From Marinobacter sp. (GTDB taxonomy: Bacteria > Pseudomonadota > Gammaproteobacteria > Pseudomonadales > Oleiphilaceae), in assembly GCA_040223075.1 (NCBI GenBank), contig JAVJZJ010000172.1, forward strand, positions 14,114-78,113: a stretch of DNA of 64,000 nt, in the 5' to 3' direction. Shown piece after piece: positions 9,223-16,950 of this stretch. Positions within the stretch are counted from its first letter, which is position 1; every line of letters starts with the position of its first letter. The notes under the pieces are model-generated. The model was not told the origin of the DNA, made no database searches, and saw only the letters and a program-made list of their open reading frames with translations. Made by a program: the position numbers and the translations under genes.

Positions 9223-9792
9223 TCAATTATTCGTAGCTGAGTCCAGGTGCATGATCTGAGATTCGAGTTCCTTATCAAGTGCCGTTTCCGCATGTTTCTT
9301 GAGAACGCCAATAAATTCATAGCAGCCCCGGTAAGCGGCCAAGCCAAGCAGAGCGCGCATTATAGAATCACTCAGAAAGGGCTCATCAGGATCTGATGCC
9401 CGCTCATATACGATCGGGTCGTCAGCCAATACTTGCAGTACAAAGTCCCAGTCTTCTCCAAAAATCTGCTGCACATCCGTAGAGCCGAGCACAAGATCCA
9501 TAACGTCAAGCTGACCACCATAGGCAGCACAGATGATCCCGTATCCCTGGTCAACCAACGTCTCTGATACAAAGGTGAATCGCCTGGGCAGCCCCCTCAA
9601 GAGCAGCTTTACGACCTGAATATCGCCCTTATAGCACACCTCTTTGAATAACTTCCCGGTTCTGAAGAGCAGGGCATCAAGCTCGGCGCCTGATGGTAGA
9701 GGTTTATCTTCGAGTTCAGAAAAAAATACGTTGAGCCTTTTCGGAGTCATCAATCTCATTTCATCAAACTCAGGCAAACTGACCATGCGCAT
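9223..9792 (-). CDS. Hypothetical protein with ankyrin-repeat-like segments
   Basis: I prefer the ATG at 9792 (MRMVSLPEF), preceded by GGGAGAGG; the ORF-track start at 9807 is a TTG. GDIQVVKLLLRG and GIICAAYGGQLDVMDLVLG resemble the ANK consensus (xPLHxAAxxGHxxVVxLLL). It is the first gene of the three-gene unit 9792->5144. Confidence 0.55.
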   Translation of the reverse strand: MRMVSLPEFDEMRLMTPKRLNVFFSELEDKPLPSGAELDALLFRTGKLFKEVCYKGDIQVVKLLLRGLPRRFTFVSETLVDQGYGIICAAYGGQLDVMDLVLGSTDVQQIFGEDWDFVLQVLADDPIVYERASDPDEPFLSDSIMRALLGLAAYRGCYEFIGVLKKHAETALDKELESQIMHLDSATNN

Positions 9793-10057
9793 GAACCCCT
9801 CTCCCAAGTCTATAAAAATAGTATAAGCACCTTTATTCTGAATTTACAAAAAAACTACGAACTCCTTTACCTGCCTTTGCTACGATCGGACAAACAGACA
9901 ATCGTCGTTAGCGTGCCCCGCTTCACGAAAACCGGGACAGATTCATTCTTTTGCCAGTAGAGCCAACAAAAACAACTGAAAGGGGCGCCACCACGGCTCT
10001 GCCCCATGAAACCCTGAGTAACAACCAACCTATTGAGAATATTGCCTTGAATCCATC

Positions 10058-11134
10058 ATGAGCCTTCCCTCTGCCCGGTCCCGCTGCCCTCCCCTGCCCT
10101 GTTGGTTGTCCCGTGTATGGACTGGAATGCAGGAGGATCGCAGGCTCTATGCCATCATCCTGATTTACGTGCTGTCGTCCACAGCCGTAGTGCACGGCGC
10201 CGGTTTGGGGGACCGCTACTCCCTGTTTATTTATCCTGGCTTGAGCATCACTATCGGGGGCGCTTTCGCTGGGCTGGCCTTCGTGGTGTATGCCCTCTAC
10301 GTGATGACCACTGTGCGCCCCGACTTCCCATTGCGGCATGTGCAAGCAAGTCTAAGCACGGCTCTGAAGTCAAAGGCAGTGGCACGGGGCATCCCTTTAG
10401 TTTTGGCCTTTACCTTTTTCTTTTCTGCTGTGTCGTCATTCAAATCCCTGATCCCGGCATTGCAGCCATTTCAGTGGGACCCAGCACTGGCCAAGCTGGA
10501 TGTCTGGCTGCATGGTGGGCGGCACCCCTGGCAATGGCTTCAGCCACTGCTGGGGTTTCCGGCTGTCACAGCCTTCCTTAATGTCGTCTACAACTTGTGG
10601 CTGATCATCATGTTCGGCGTGTATTTCTGGCACGCATTTTCTCCCAGAAACGCCCCACTGCGACAACGTTTTCTGGTGACGTTTCTGCTTTGCTGGATAT
10701 TCAACGGCAGTTTTCTGGCAATGCTGTTATCGTCTGGCGGGCCATGCTTCTGGTCGGGGCTGTATCCTGATTTAGCCAACCCCTTTACCGCGCAGATGGA
10801 TTACCTGCAAAGTGTCACTATTGGGAGTGGGGGCGGGTTGTGGGCCGTTTCCACCCAGCAAATGCTCTGGGAGCATTACGGCCAAAGTTCACTGGGTATC
10901 GGGTCAGGCATTTCCGCCATGCCGAGTATGCATCTATCCGTCGCCTGGTTACTGTTCCTTGCGGCCCGACATGGTCCTGGCTGGCTGGCTATAAGCGCCG
11001 GGCTATTTTGTCTGACGATTCTTCTGGGGTCGGTCCATCTGGCGTGGCACTATGCCATCGATGGATACCTTTCCATTCTGACCACCACGCTGATCTGGTG
11101 GGGGGTGCGATATAGTCATGAACGCATGGATTGA
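10058..11134 (+). CDS. PAP2-superfamily integral membrane protein (PAP2_3 / sphingomyelin-synthase-like H-H-D type)
   Basis: 358-aa polytopic ORF. The C-terminal motifs SAMPSMHLSVA and GSVHLAWHYAIDGY match PAP2 motifs C2 (SxH) and C3 (HxxxD). The true start may be the internal Met at 10127 (MQEDRRLY). Confidence 0.7.
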   Translation: MSLPSARSRCPPLPCWLSRVWTGMQEDRRLYAIILIYVLSSTAVVHGAGLGDRYSLFIYPGLSITIGGAFAGLAFVVYALYVMTTVRPDFPLRHVQASLSTALKSKAVARGIPLVLAFTFFFSAVSSFKSLIPALQPFQWDPALAKLDVWLHGGRHPWQWLQPLLGFPAVTAFLNVVYNLWLIIMFGVYFWHAFSPRNAPLRQRFLVTFLLCWIFNGSFLAMLLSSGGPCFWSGLYPDLANPFTAQMDYLQSVTIGSGGGLWAVSTQQMLWEHYGQSSLGIGSGISAMPSMHLSVAWLLFLAARHGPGWLAISAGLFCLTILLGSVHLAWHYAIDGYLSILTTTLIWWGVRYSHERMD

Positions 11135-12209
11135 GGCGGCAGGGGAGGCCTGGAAGTCACCGTTTCTGCTAGTGTGGATCGGATTAGTTGCTCTGTTTTC
11201 CGGGGCGGTGTATGCGGTGACACACAGCTATAACCTGCCGACGTTCCCCACCAATGCCTATTATTCACCGCCCTTGCTGATGGGGACTTTCTTTTTTCTG
11301 CTGTTGTTCTGTATTTATCGCACCGTTCGGATGATGTTTCGCGTACCCGACGGCAGCCTGTTTGTGGCCGTCGGCCAGGACTTGAGCAGCTTTGTGACTC
11401 GCAAGCGCCTGCTTGTGGCGTTGCCATTGTGCCTGACTATGCCGTTTTTCTTCTCTATGTTTACTACCATGAAAAACGCCATTCCTACCCTGGTCCCGTT
11501 CTACCTGGATCCCATCCTGATTAAGGCGGACCAGTGGCTGCACTTTGGCCAGGATCCCTGGCGCTGGCTGCAGCCGCTATTCGGCGTACCGATAATCACT
11601 ATGTTAATCAGTATCTGTTACAAGCTCTGGTTCTTTATCAAGTACGGATTCATCCTCTGGCAGTCCTGCCGATTGCGTGGAGAGGGTGAGCGAGATCAGT
11701 TCTTCATCGCTCTGTTGTTGTGCTGGATCGTAATCGGCGCAATAATGGCCACCGGTCTTTCCTCTGCGGGTCCCTGCTTTTTCGGCAAGGCCTACCCTGA
11801 GCTTACGAACCCCTTTTCGGAACAAATGGCCTACCTTTACCGGGCCGATGTCTCCTATCCTGTTTTTGATTTGTGGGCGCAGGACTATCTCTGGAAGGCG
11901 CATGCCGGACACTACACAACCGACTTCTCCGGCATCAGTGCCATGCCTAGCCTTCACGTGAGCATGGCCACACTGTTTTTGTTGTCGATATGGTCTTTCG
12001 GGCCGGCCCTGAGGTGGCTTTTTGGCGCTTATCTGGCGTTGATTCAGATTGGCTCCGTGCATCTGGGCTGGCACTATGCGCTGGACGGCTATATCGCCAT
12101 AGTAATGACCGTATTGATCTGGCGGGTAGCGGGGTGGCTTGTGTCTTTATGGCATCCCCCAGTGAGTGAAACAACCAGAGTTTCAATGACCAGCATCATG
12201 CGACAATAA
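11118..12209 (+). CDS. PAP2-superfamily integral membrane protein, tandem paralog
   Basis: 363-aa ORF that overlaps the upstream paralog by 17 nt. It carries the same motifs (SAMPSLHVSMA, GSVHLGWHYALDGY) and a conserved block DQWLHFGQDPWRWLQPLFGVP, compared with DVWLHGGRHPWQWLQPLLGFP in the paralog. Confidence 0.7.
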   Translation: MNAWIEAAGEAWKSPFLLVWIGLVALFSGAVYAVTHSYNLPTFPTNAYYSPPLLMGTFFFLLLFCIYRTVRMMFRVPDGSLFVAVGQDLSSFVTRKRLLVALPLCLTMPFFFSMFTTMKNAIPTLVPFYLDPILIKADQWLHFGQDPWRWLQPLFGVPIITMLISICYKLWFFIKYGFILWQSCRLRGEGERDQFFIALLLCWIVIGAIMATGLSSAGPCFFGKAYPELTNPFSEQMAYLYRADVSYPVFDLWAQDYLWKAHAGHYTTDFSGISAMPSLHVSMATLFLLSIWSFGPALRWLFGAYLALIQIGSVHLGWHYALDGYIAIVMTVLIWRVAGWLVSLWHPPVSETTRVSMTSIMRQ

Positions 12210-12254
12210 AAACAGTCTGATCAATAGCAATTTGCGATACTAGAGGTCGCTCCC

Positions 12255-12674
12255 ATGCCCATCTTCAGTGAAAAAAATGCAGAAAAACAACTAAATGCAG
12301 AAGCGGACAAGGTCCATCGTGATGACCTTGAAGACCTGCTCGCCCGACAACGCACCATAGAAGAGAAAGTAAAAGGCAGCGGCAAACTAAATCGCTTCAG
12401 CGCCGACATCAAACTGATGTTTGCCATGATCCGGGACTACTGGAACGGCAGCTATCGCGATGTACCCTGGAAAAGCATCGCCGCCATAGCCGGAGCCCTT
12501 GTCTATGTGCTGAATCCACTGGATATGATCCCGGATCTTCTGATTGGCATTGGTTTTCTGGACGATGCCGGTGTCGTGGCCTTGTGTCTGAAGCTGGCGG
12601 AATCAGACCTTCACCGCTATGCCGCCTGGAAAGAACACCAGGAAGAGAGAGAAAGTACACCTCAGTCGAATTGA
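12255..12674 (+). CDS. DUF1232 (YkvA-like) membrane protein
   Basis: 139-aa ORF. The segment ALVYVLNPLDMIPDLLIGIGFLDDAGVV is the characteristic DUF1232 core. Confidence 0.7.
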   Translation: MPIFSEKNAEKQLNAEADKVHRDDLEDLLARQRTIEEKVKGSGKLNRFSADIKLMFAMIRDYWNGSYRDVPWKSIAAIAGALVYVLNPLDMIPDLLIGIGFLDDAGVVALCLKLAESDLHRYAAWKEHQEERESTPQSN

Positions 12675-12740
12675 TTAAACTCTGATCTGAAGGTAATCTC
12701 ACCTCTCATTTTCGGCACTGTCATCAAATCTGGAGTCACC

Positions 12741-13511
12741 GTGGATTTCGCCACCCTTATCGGTCTTGTTGGCGCCATTTTGCTGATCGCTTCCGCAGTG
12801 ATTCTCGGCGTTTCCCCATCAGTCTTTATCAACCCGGCCTCCCTGCTAATTGTTGTTGGCGGTACGTTGCTGGTGGTACTTGCCAAATTCAGCTTTGCCC
12901 AGTTTCTAGGGGCCTTCAAGGCCGCCGCCAGAGCCTTCAAATTCAAGTTGCCGGAAACCCAAACCAGTATTGAAGAACTGGTGGACATCAGCAACGTAGC
13001 GCGTAAAGAGGGCGTTCTTGGCCTGGAAGGCCGCGAACTAAGCAGTCCCTTTCTGGGCCAGGGTATCCAGATGCTGGTTGATGGCCAGGATGGCGACACC
13101 ATCAAGCAACTCCTGAGCAAGGAACGCCTGATGACGCTGGATCACAACCGCTCCGGAGCCAAGGTCTTCACTGCCGTGGCGGACGTCGCCCCGGCCATGG
13201 GCATGATCGGCACCCTGATCGGTCTGGTGCAGATGCTCTCGAATATGGAAGATCCAAAATCCATCGGCCCAGCGATGGCCGTTGCGCTTCTGACCACGCT
13301 TTATGGCGCCATGATCGCAACCATGATCGCCACCCCCATCGCAGACAAGCTGTCTCTGCGGATGACGGAAGAGGCGCGCATGCAATCCCTGTACATCGAT
13401 GCGCTCGTTGCCATTAAGGCTGGCACCAATCCACGCATCGTCGAACAGCTTCTCTCCAGCTACCTCCCACCCAAGGCGCGCGAGAAACTGGCTGAGGCAG
13501 AGGGCACCTAG
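12741..13511 (+). CDS. pomA: Flagellar stator protein PomA/MotA
   Basis: 256-aa ORF with a GTG start 6 nt after GGAG. It closely resembles Vibrio PomA as remembered (VADVAPAMGMIGTLIGLVQMLSNMEDPKSIGPAMAVALLTTLYGA, PIADKLSLR). Confidence 0.9.
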   Translation: MDFATLIGLVGAILLIASAVILGVSPSVFINPASLLIVVGGTLLVVLAKFSFAQFLGAFKAAARAFKFKLPETQTSIEELVDISNVARKEGVLGLEGRELSSPFLGQGIQMLVDGQDGDTIKQLLSKERLMTLDHNRSGAKVFTAVADVAPAMGMIGTLIGLVQMLSNMEDPKSIGPAMAVALLTTLYGAMIATMIATPIADKLSLRMTEEARMQSLYIDALVAIKAGTNPRIVEQLLSSYLPPKAREKLAEAEGT

Positions 13512-13513
13512 TC

Positions 13514-14431
13514 ATGGACGAGTTACCGGAAGAGGAGAAACCGGGCATCCCGGCCTGGGTTGTCACCTTTGCGGACCTCATGTCCCTGCTGATGTGCTTC
13601 TTTGTTCTACTGCTCTCGTTTTCGGAAATCGATGCGCAGAAGTTCAAACAGATTGCCGGTGAACTTTCCAAAGCCTTCGGCGTGCAGCGTGAAGTCCCGG
13701 TTCTCGAAATTCCCGAAGGCACCAGCCCCATTTTCGACACGTTTTCTCCCGCCCCGCCGGAACCAACGGTGGTCAACGAAGTAAAGCAGACCACGACCGA
13801 TGAACAGCCGGAGCTTCAAACCCTGAAAAGCCCTACCGACGTAGCTGTGGAATCGGCCATTCAGGACCAGATGCAGGAGTCCATGGACCAGATTCTGGAA
13901 GTGTTGGAGCCAGCTATTGCAGACGGACGCATCAATGTCAGCCAGGACCAGCGGCGCATTGTGATCCGGGTCGAAGAGAAAGGCTCTTTTCCGTCAGGGT
14001 CTGCCCAACTGACGTACGAATTCGAGGGTCTCTTGCTGGAAATGGCGGAGGTCCTGGCCGATATTCCGGGCAATCTGACCATCGAAGGGCACACGGACAA
14101 CGTCCCGATCCGAACAGACCGTTTTTACAGCAACTGGGACCTGTCTGCAGCCAGGGCGGCCGCTGTCGCGAACGTGCTGCTGGCCCGTGATTACGTACAA
14201 CCGACCAGGCTGGCCGTGACGGGCCTTGCGGATACTGAGCCGAGAGTACCGAATACCTCATCTGACAACCGCGCCAAAAACCGTCGGGTAGAAATCATCA
14301 TTGATCTCTCCGAGCCCATGCAGGAGCAGGAAATTCGCCTGCGGGAACTCATTGAATCTGCCTCCGAAGATCAGGATACGACGCTCGGTATCGAGTCTGA
14401 GAGCTCAACGCCGCACGATATCAACTGGTAA
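13514..14431 (+). CDS. pomB: Flagellar stator protein PomB/MotB (OmpA-like C-terminus)
   Basis: 305-aa ORF. The N-terminus PAWVVTFADLMSLLMCFFVLLLSFSEID includes the plug/TM with the conserved Asp. The C-terminus has a peptidoglycan-binding OmpA-like region (GHTDNVPI...NWDLSAARAAAV...NRRVEI). Confidence 0.9.
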   Translation: MDELPEEEKPGIPAWVVTFADLMSLLMCFFVLLLSFSEIDAQKFKQIAGELSKAFGVQREVPVLEIPEGTSPIFDTFSPAPPEPTVVNEVKQTTTDEQPELQTLKSPTDVAVESAIQDQMQESMDQILEVLEPAIADGRINVSQDQRRIVIRVEEKGSFPSGSAQLTYEFEGLLLEMAEVLADIPGNLTIEGHTDNVPIRTDRFYSNWDLSAARAAAVANVLLARDYVQPTRLAVTGLADTEPRVPNTSSDNRAKNRRVEIIIDLSEPMQEQEIRLRELIESASEDQDTTLGIESESSTPHDINW

Positions 14432-14554
14432 CCATCCATATTGGTGCGCCCATCAATAAAACGCACGCCTATGGTGCATTAAGAGCCGCCAACGCCCTGC
14501 CATAAGCGCCCAACATTCCCGCAACCCCCTTTCCCGCCTCGAAACGCATCGTTT

Positions 14555-14570
14555 TGGAACAGCTCTTGCT
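14555..14570 (+). promoter_or_regulatory. Candidate sigma54 (-24/-12) promoter for amt
   Basis: TGGAACAGCTCTTGCT against the consensus TGGCACG-N4-TTGCW. The GG and GC dinucleotides are at the correct 10-nt spacing. It lies about 70 nt upstream of the amt start. An NtrC-like half-palindrome, CGCACGCCTATGGTGCA, lies at 14462-14478. Confidence 0.45.
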
Positions 14571-14639
14571 TCTGATGCACCTCATCAATGCACGCAGGCC
14601 CGACAGAGGCCGGAAACATAACATCAGGAGAGAAAACCC

Positions 14640-15848
14640 GTGGACATCACGAGTGCAGTACACACCCTGACCGAAAGCGCCAATACGCTGTTCATACTCA
14701 TCGGCGCCATTATGGTGCTGGCCATGCACGCCGGCTTTGCCTTTCTGGAAGTGGGCACGGTACGCCACAAGAACCAGGTCAACGCCCTGGTAAAGATCAT
14801 GACCGACTTCGGCATCTCTGCCGTCGCCTATTTCTTCATCGGTTACTACATCGCCTACGGCAGCCACTTCATGGCCGGCGCCTCGGAACTGACCGCCGCC
14901 AACGGCTACGACCTGGTGAAGTTCTTCTTCCTGATGACCTTCGCCGCCGCGATTCCCGCCATCGTCTCCGGCGGCATCGCCGAGCGGGCGAAGTTCTACC
15001 CCATGCTGATTGCCTCCGGCCTGATCGTGGCTTTTGTCTATCCGTTCTTTGAAGGACTGATCTGGAATGGCAACTATGGCTTCCAGGCCTGGCTGGAGAC
15101 CCAGTTTGGTGCAGGTTTCCACGACTTTGCCGGCTCTGTCGTGGTGCACGCCGTGGGTGGCTGGATCGCCCTGGCCGCCGTCCTGCTGCTTGGTGCCCGG
15201 AATGGACGTTATCGCAACGGTCGCGTCGTCGCTTTTGCACCGTCCAATATCCCGTTCCTGGCCCTAGGCGCCTGGATTCTGACCGTGGGCTGGTTCGGTT
15301 TTAACGTGATGTCCGCACAAACCCTGGACGGCATCAGCGGCCTGGTGGCGGTCAACAGTCTGATGGCCATGGTTGGTGGCGTATTGGTCGCCATGCTGGT
15401 CGGTAAAAAGGACCCGGGCTTTATCCACAACGGCCCGCTGGCCGGTCTGGTCGCCGTGTGTGCCGGTTCAGACCTGATGCACCCGGTCGGCGCGCTGGTG
15501 ACCGGCGGTGTTGCCGGGGCCGTCTTTGTGTACCTGTTCGAATGGGCCCAGGCCAAAATCGAGCGCCTGGACGATGTACTGGGTGTCTGGCCCCTGCACG
15601 GTGTGTGTGGTGTCTGGGGCGCGATCGCTGCCGGCATCTTTGGCCAGGAAGCCCTGGGTGGACTGGGAGGCGTCAGCCTGATGTCCCAGATTGTTGGCTC
15701 AATCGCCGGCGTTCTGATTGCTTTTGTTGGTGGCCTGATCGTCTACGGCGTGATTAACGCCATTGCCGGGCTCCGCCTGACCCAGGAAGAAGAGTTCAAC
15801 GGCGCGGACGTAAGCATCCACAAGATCGGCGCCACCTCAATGGACTGA
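14640..15848 (+). CDS. amt: Ammonium transporter (Amt family)
   Basis: 402-aa polytopic ORF with a GTG start. It has typical Amt blocks (AGFAFLEVGTVRHKN, DFAGSVVVHAVGGW, GWFGFN, DDVLGVWPLHGVCGVWG). Confidence 0.9.
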   Translation: MDITSAVHTLTESANTLFILIGAIMVLAMHAGFAFLEVGTVRHKNQVNALVKIMTDFGISAVAYFFIGYYIAYGSHFMAGASELTAANGYDLVKFFFLMTFAAAIPAIVSGGIAERAKFYPMLIASGLIVAFVYPFFEGLIWNGNYGFQAWLETQFGAGFHDFAGSVVVHAVGGWIALAAVLLLGARNGRYRNGRVVAFAPSNIPFLALGAWILTVGWFGFNVMSAQTLDGISGLVAVNSLMAMVGGVLVAMLVGKKDPGFIHNGPLAGLVAVCAGSDLMHPVGALVTGGVAGAVFVYLFEWAQAKIERLDDVLGVWPLHGVCGVWGAIAAGIFGQEALGGLGGVSLMSQIVGSIAGVLIAFVGGLIVYGVINAIAGLRLTQEEEFNGADVSIHKIGATSMD

Positions 15849-15858
15849 GGCCCGCCGG

Positions 15859-16950
15859 CTAGTACCCGGTCAGCTCCATGTAGCCCTCACCCTGATGGCT
15901 GCCGGTGACGCTGACCGGGCTTTCCCAGTAAGGGAATAAACCGTCGTTCCAATACTGCCCCTGTGGCGCACTCACATCGAAATCAGCCTGTCGCCCGGGA
16001 ATGTGAATATGCCACTGTACCGGTACGTTGCCGTCAGCGGTGTCGCGCTGTTCAACCACTTCCAGCGTCATCGTATCCGCCCCTAACGGAATGACTTCAC
16101 GCTCCGGCGTCACCCAGGTGCCCGACAGGAAATCCCCGCCTGCCTCTCGCAAGCGGAACATCATCAGCTTGTCTCCAGACTCCAGATGCAGCGCAAACCA
16201 GTCCCAGCCCTGTTGGCCGGCTTTCAGAAACTGGCTACTCCATTCCCGGTCGAACCAACCCTGCCCTGACACCTCAAAGGTTTGGCCACCGAGTGTCACC
16301 TCACCCTCAATAGCCAGATCCACCAGACTGAAGTACATAGAGCCTTCGCCACTGGCGGATTTGGGGCTGAAACCGTCGCCACCATGGGCAACCGGCTCAC
16401 CCTCAATCGTCACTCGCAGATCGTATGACCAGCCCTCACCACTGACCTGCAGCCGCCAGCGCCCGTCGTCCTCGACCCGCATATGCCAATCGTCGAGCCA
16501 GACCTCAAAGGGCTCCGCCGTCGCCCCAGCCTGCCCGATGCCACCCCGGGCCAGTTTTTCGGAAAACCAGTGCTGCCCTTGAAAGGATACCGCCGCGTGG
16601 GCCATCCAGGCGGCGTCCAGAGGCCAAGTGCCCGGTTCAGGCTCTGGTCCGCCGGGATCACGCGCTTCCAGGGCCTGACGGAACTGGGTCCACTGCAGAC
16701 CCAGCGGCTCCCCCTGCTCCGTGGTGAGATTGGCGGTCAGGTACCACCATTCGATGCGGTGTCGTGGGTGAGGCCCGAAATCCTCGGGGAACCGCAACCG
16801 ATCCCCTCGCGCCGGCTGCGCGAAGGTCTCTCCCCTCACTTGCTCACCCAGGCCGGCAAACCCGGCGGATTCCGGAGTTTCAGAACACGCAGTCAGGCCA
16901 AGGACCAAGGCCGTCAAGCCCCAACGAAGCGGTTGAGAAAAACACGTCAT
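15859..16950 (-). CDS. AttH/CrtC-like lipocalin-domain lipoprotein
   Basis: 363-aa ORF with a lipobox LGLTAC. It carries the hydroxyneurosporene-synthase-like / lipocalin-like pattern (HPRHRIEWWYLTANL, WFDREWSS), as in AttH proteins encoded next to AttEFG-type ABC transporters. It overlaps the permease stop by 4 nt. Confidence 0.75.
   Translation of the reverse strand: MTCFSQPLRWGLTALVLGLTACSETPESAGFAGLGEQVRGETFAQPARGDRLRFPEDFGPHPRHRIEWWYLTANLTTEQGEPLGLQWTQFRQALEARDPGGPEPEPGTWPLDAAWMAHAAVSFQGQHWFSEKLARGGIGQAGATAEPFEVWLDDWHMRVEDDGRWRLQVSGEGWSYDLRVTIEGEPVAHGGDGFSPKSASGEGSMYFSLVDLAIEGEVTLGGQTFEVSGQGWFDREWSSQFLKAGQQGWDWFALHLESGDKLMMFRLREAGGDFLSGTWVTPEREVIPLGADTMTLEVVEQRDTADGNVPVQWHIHIPGRQADFDVSAPQGQYWNDGLFPYWESPVSVTGSHQGEGYMELTGY

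Noticed and set aside
14469-15149. 226-aa minus-strand ORF
   Set aside because: It is antisense to amt and its leader. The amt reading frame is strongly supported.
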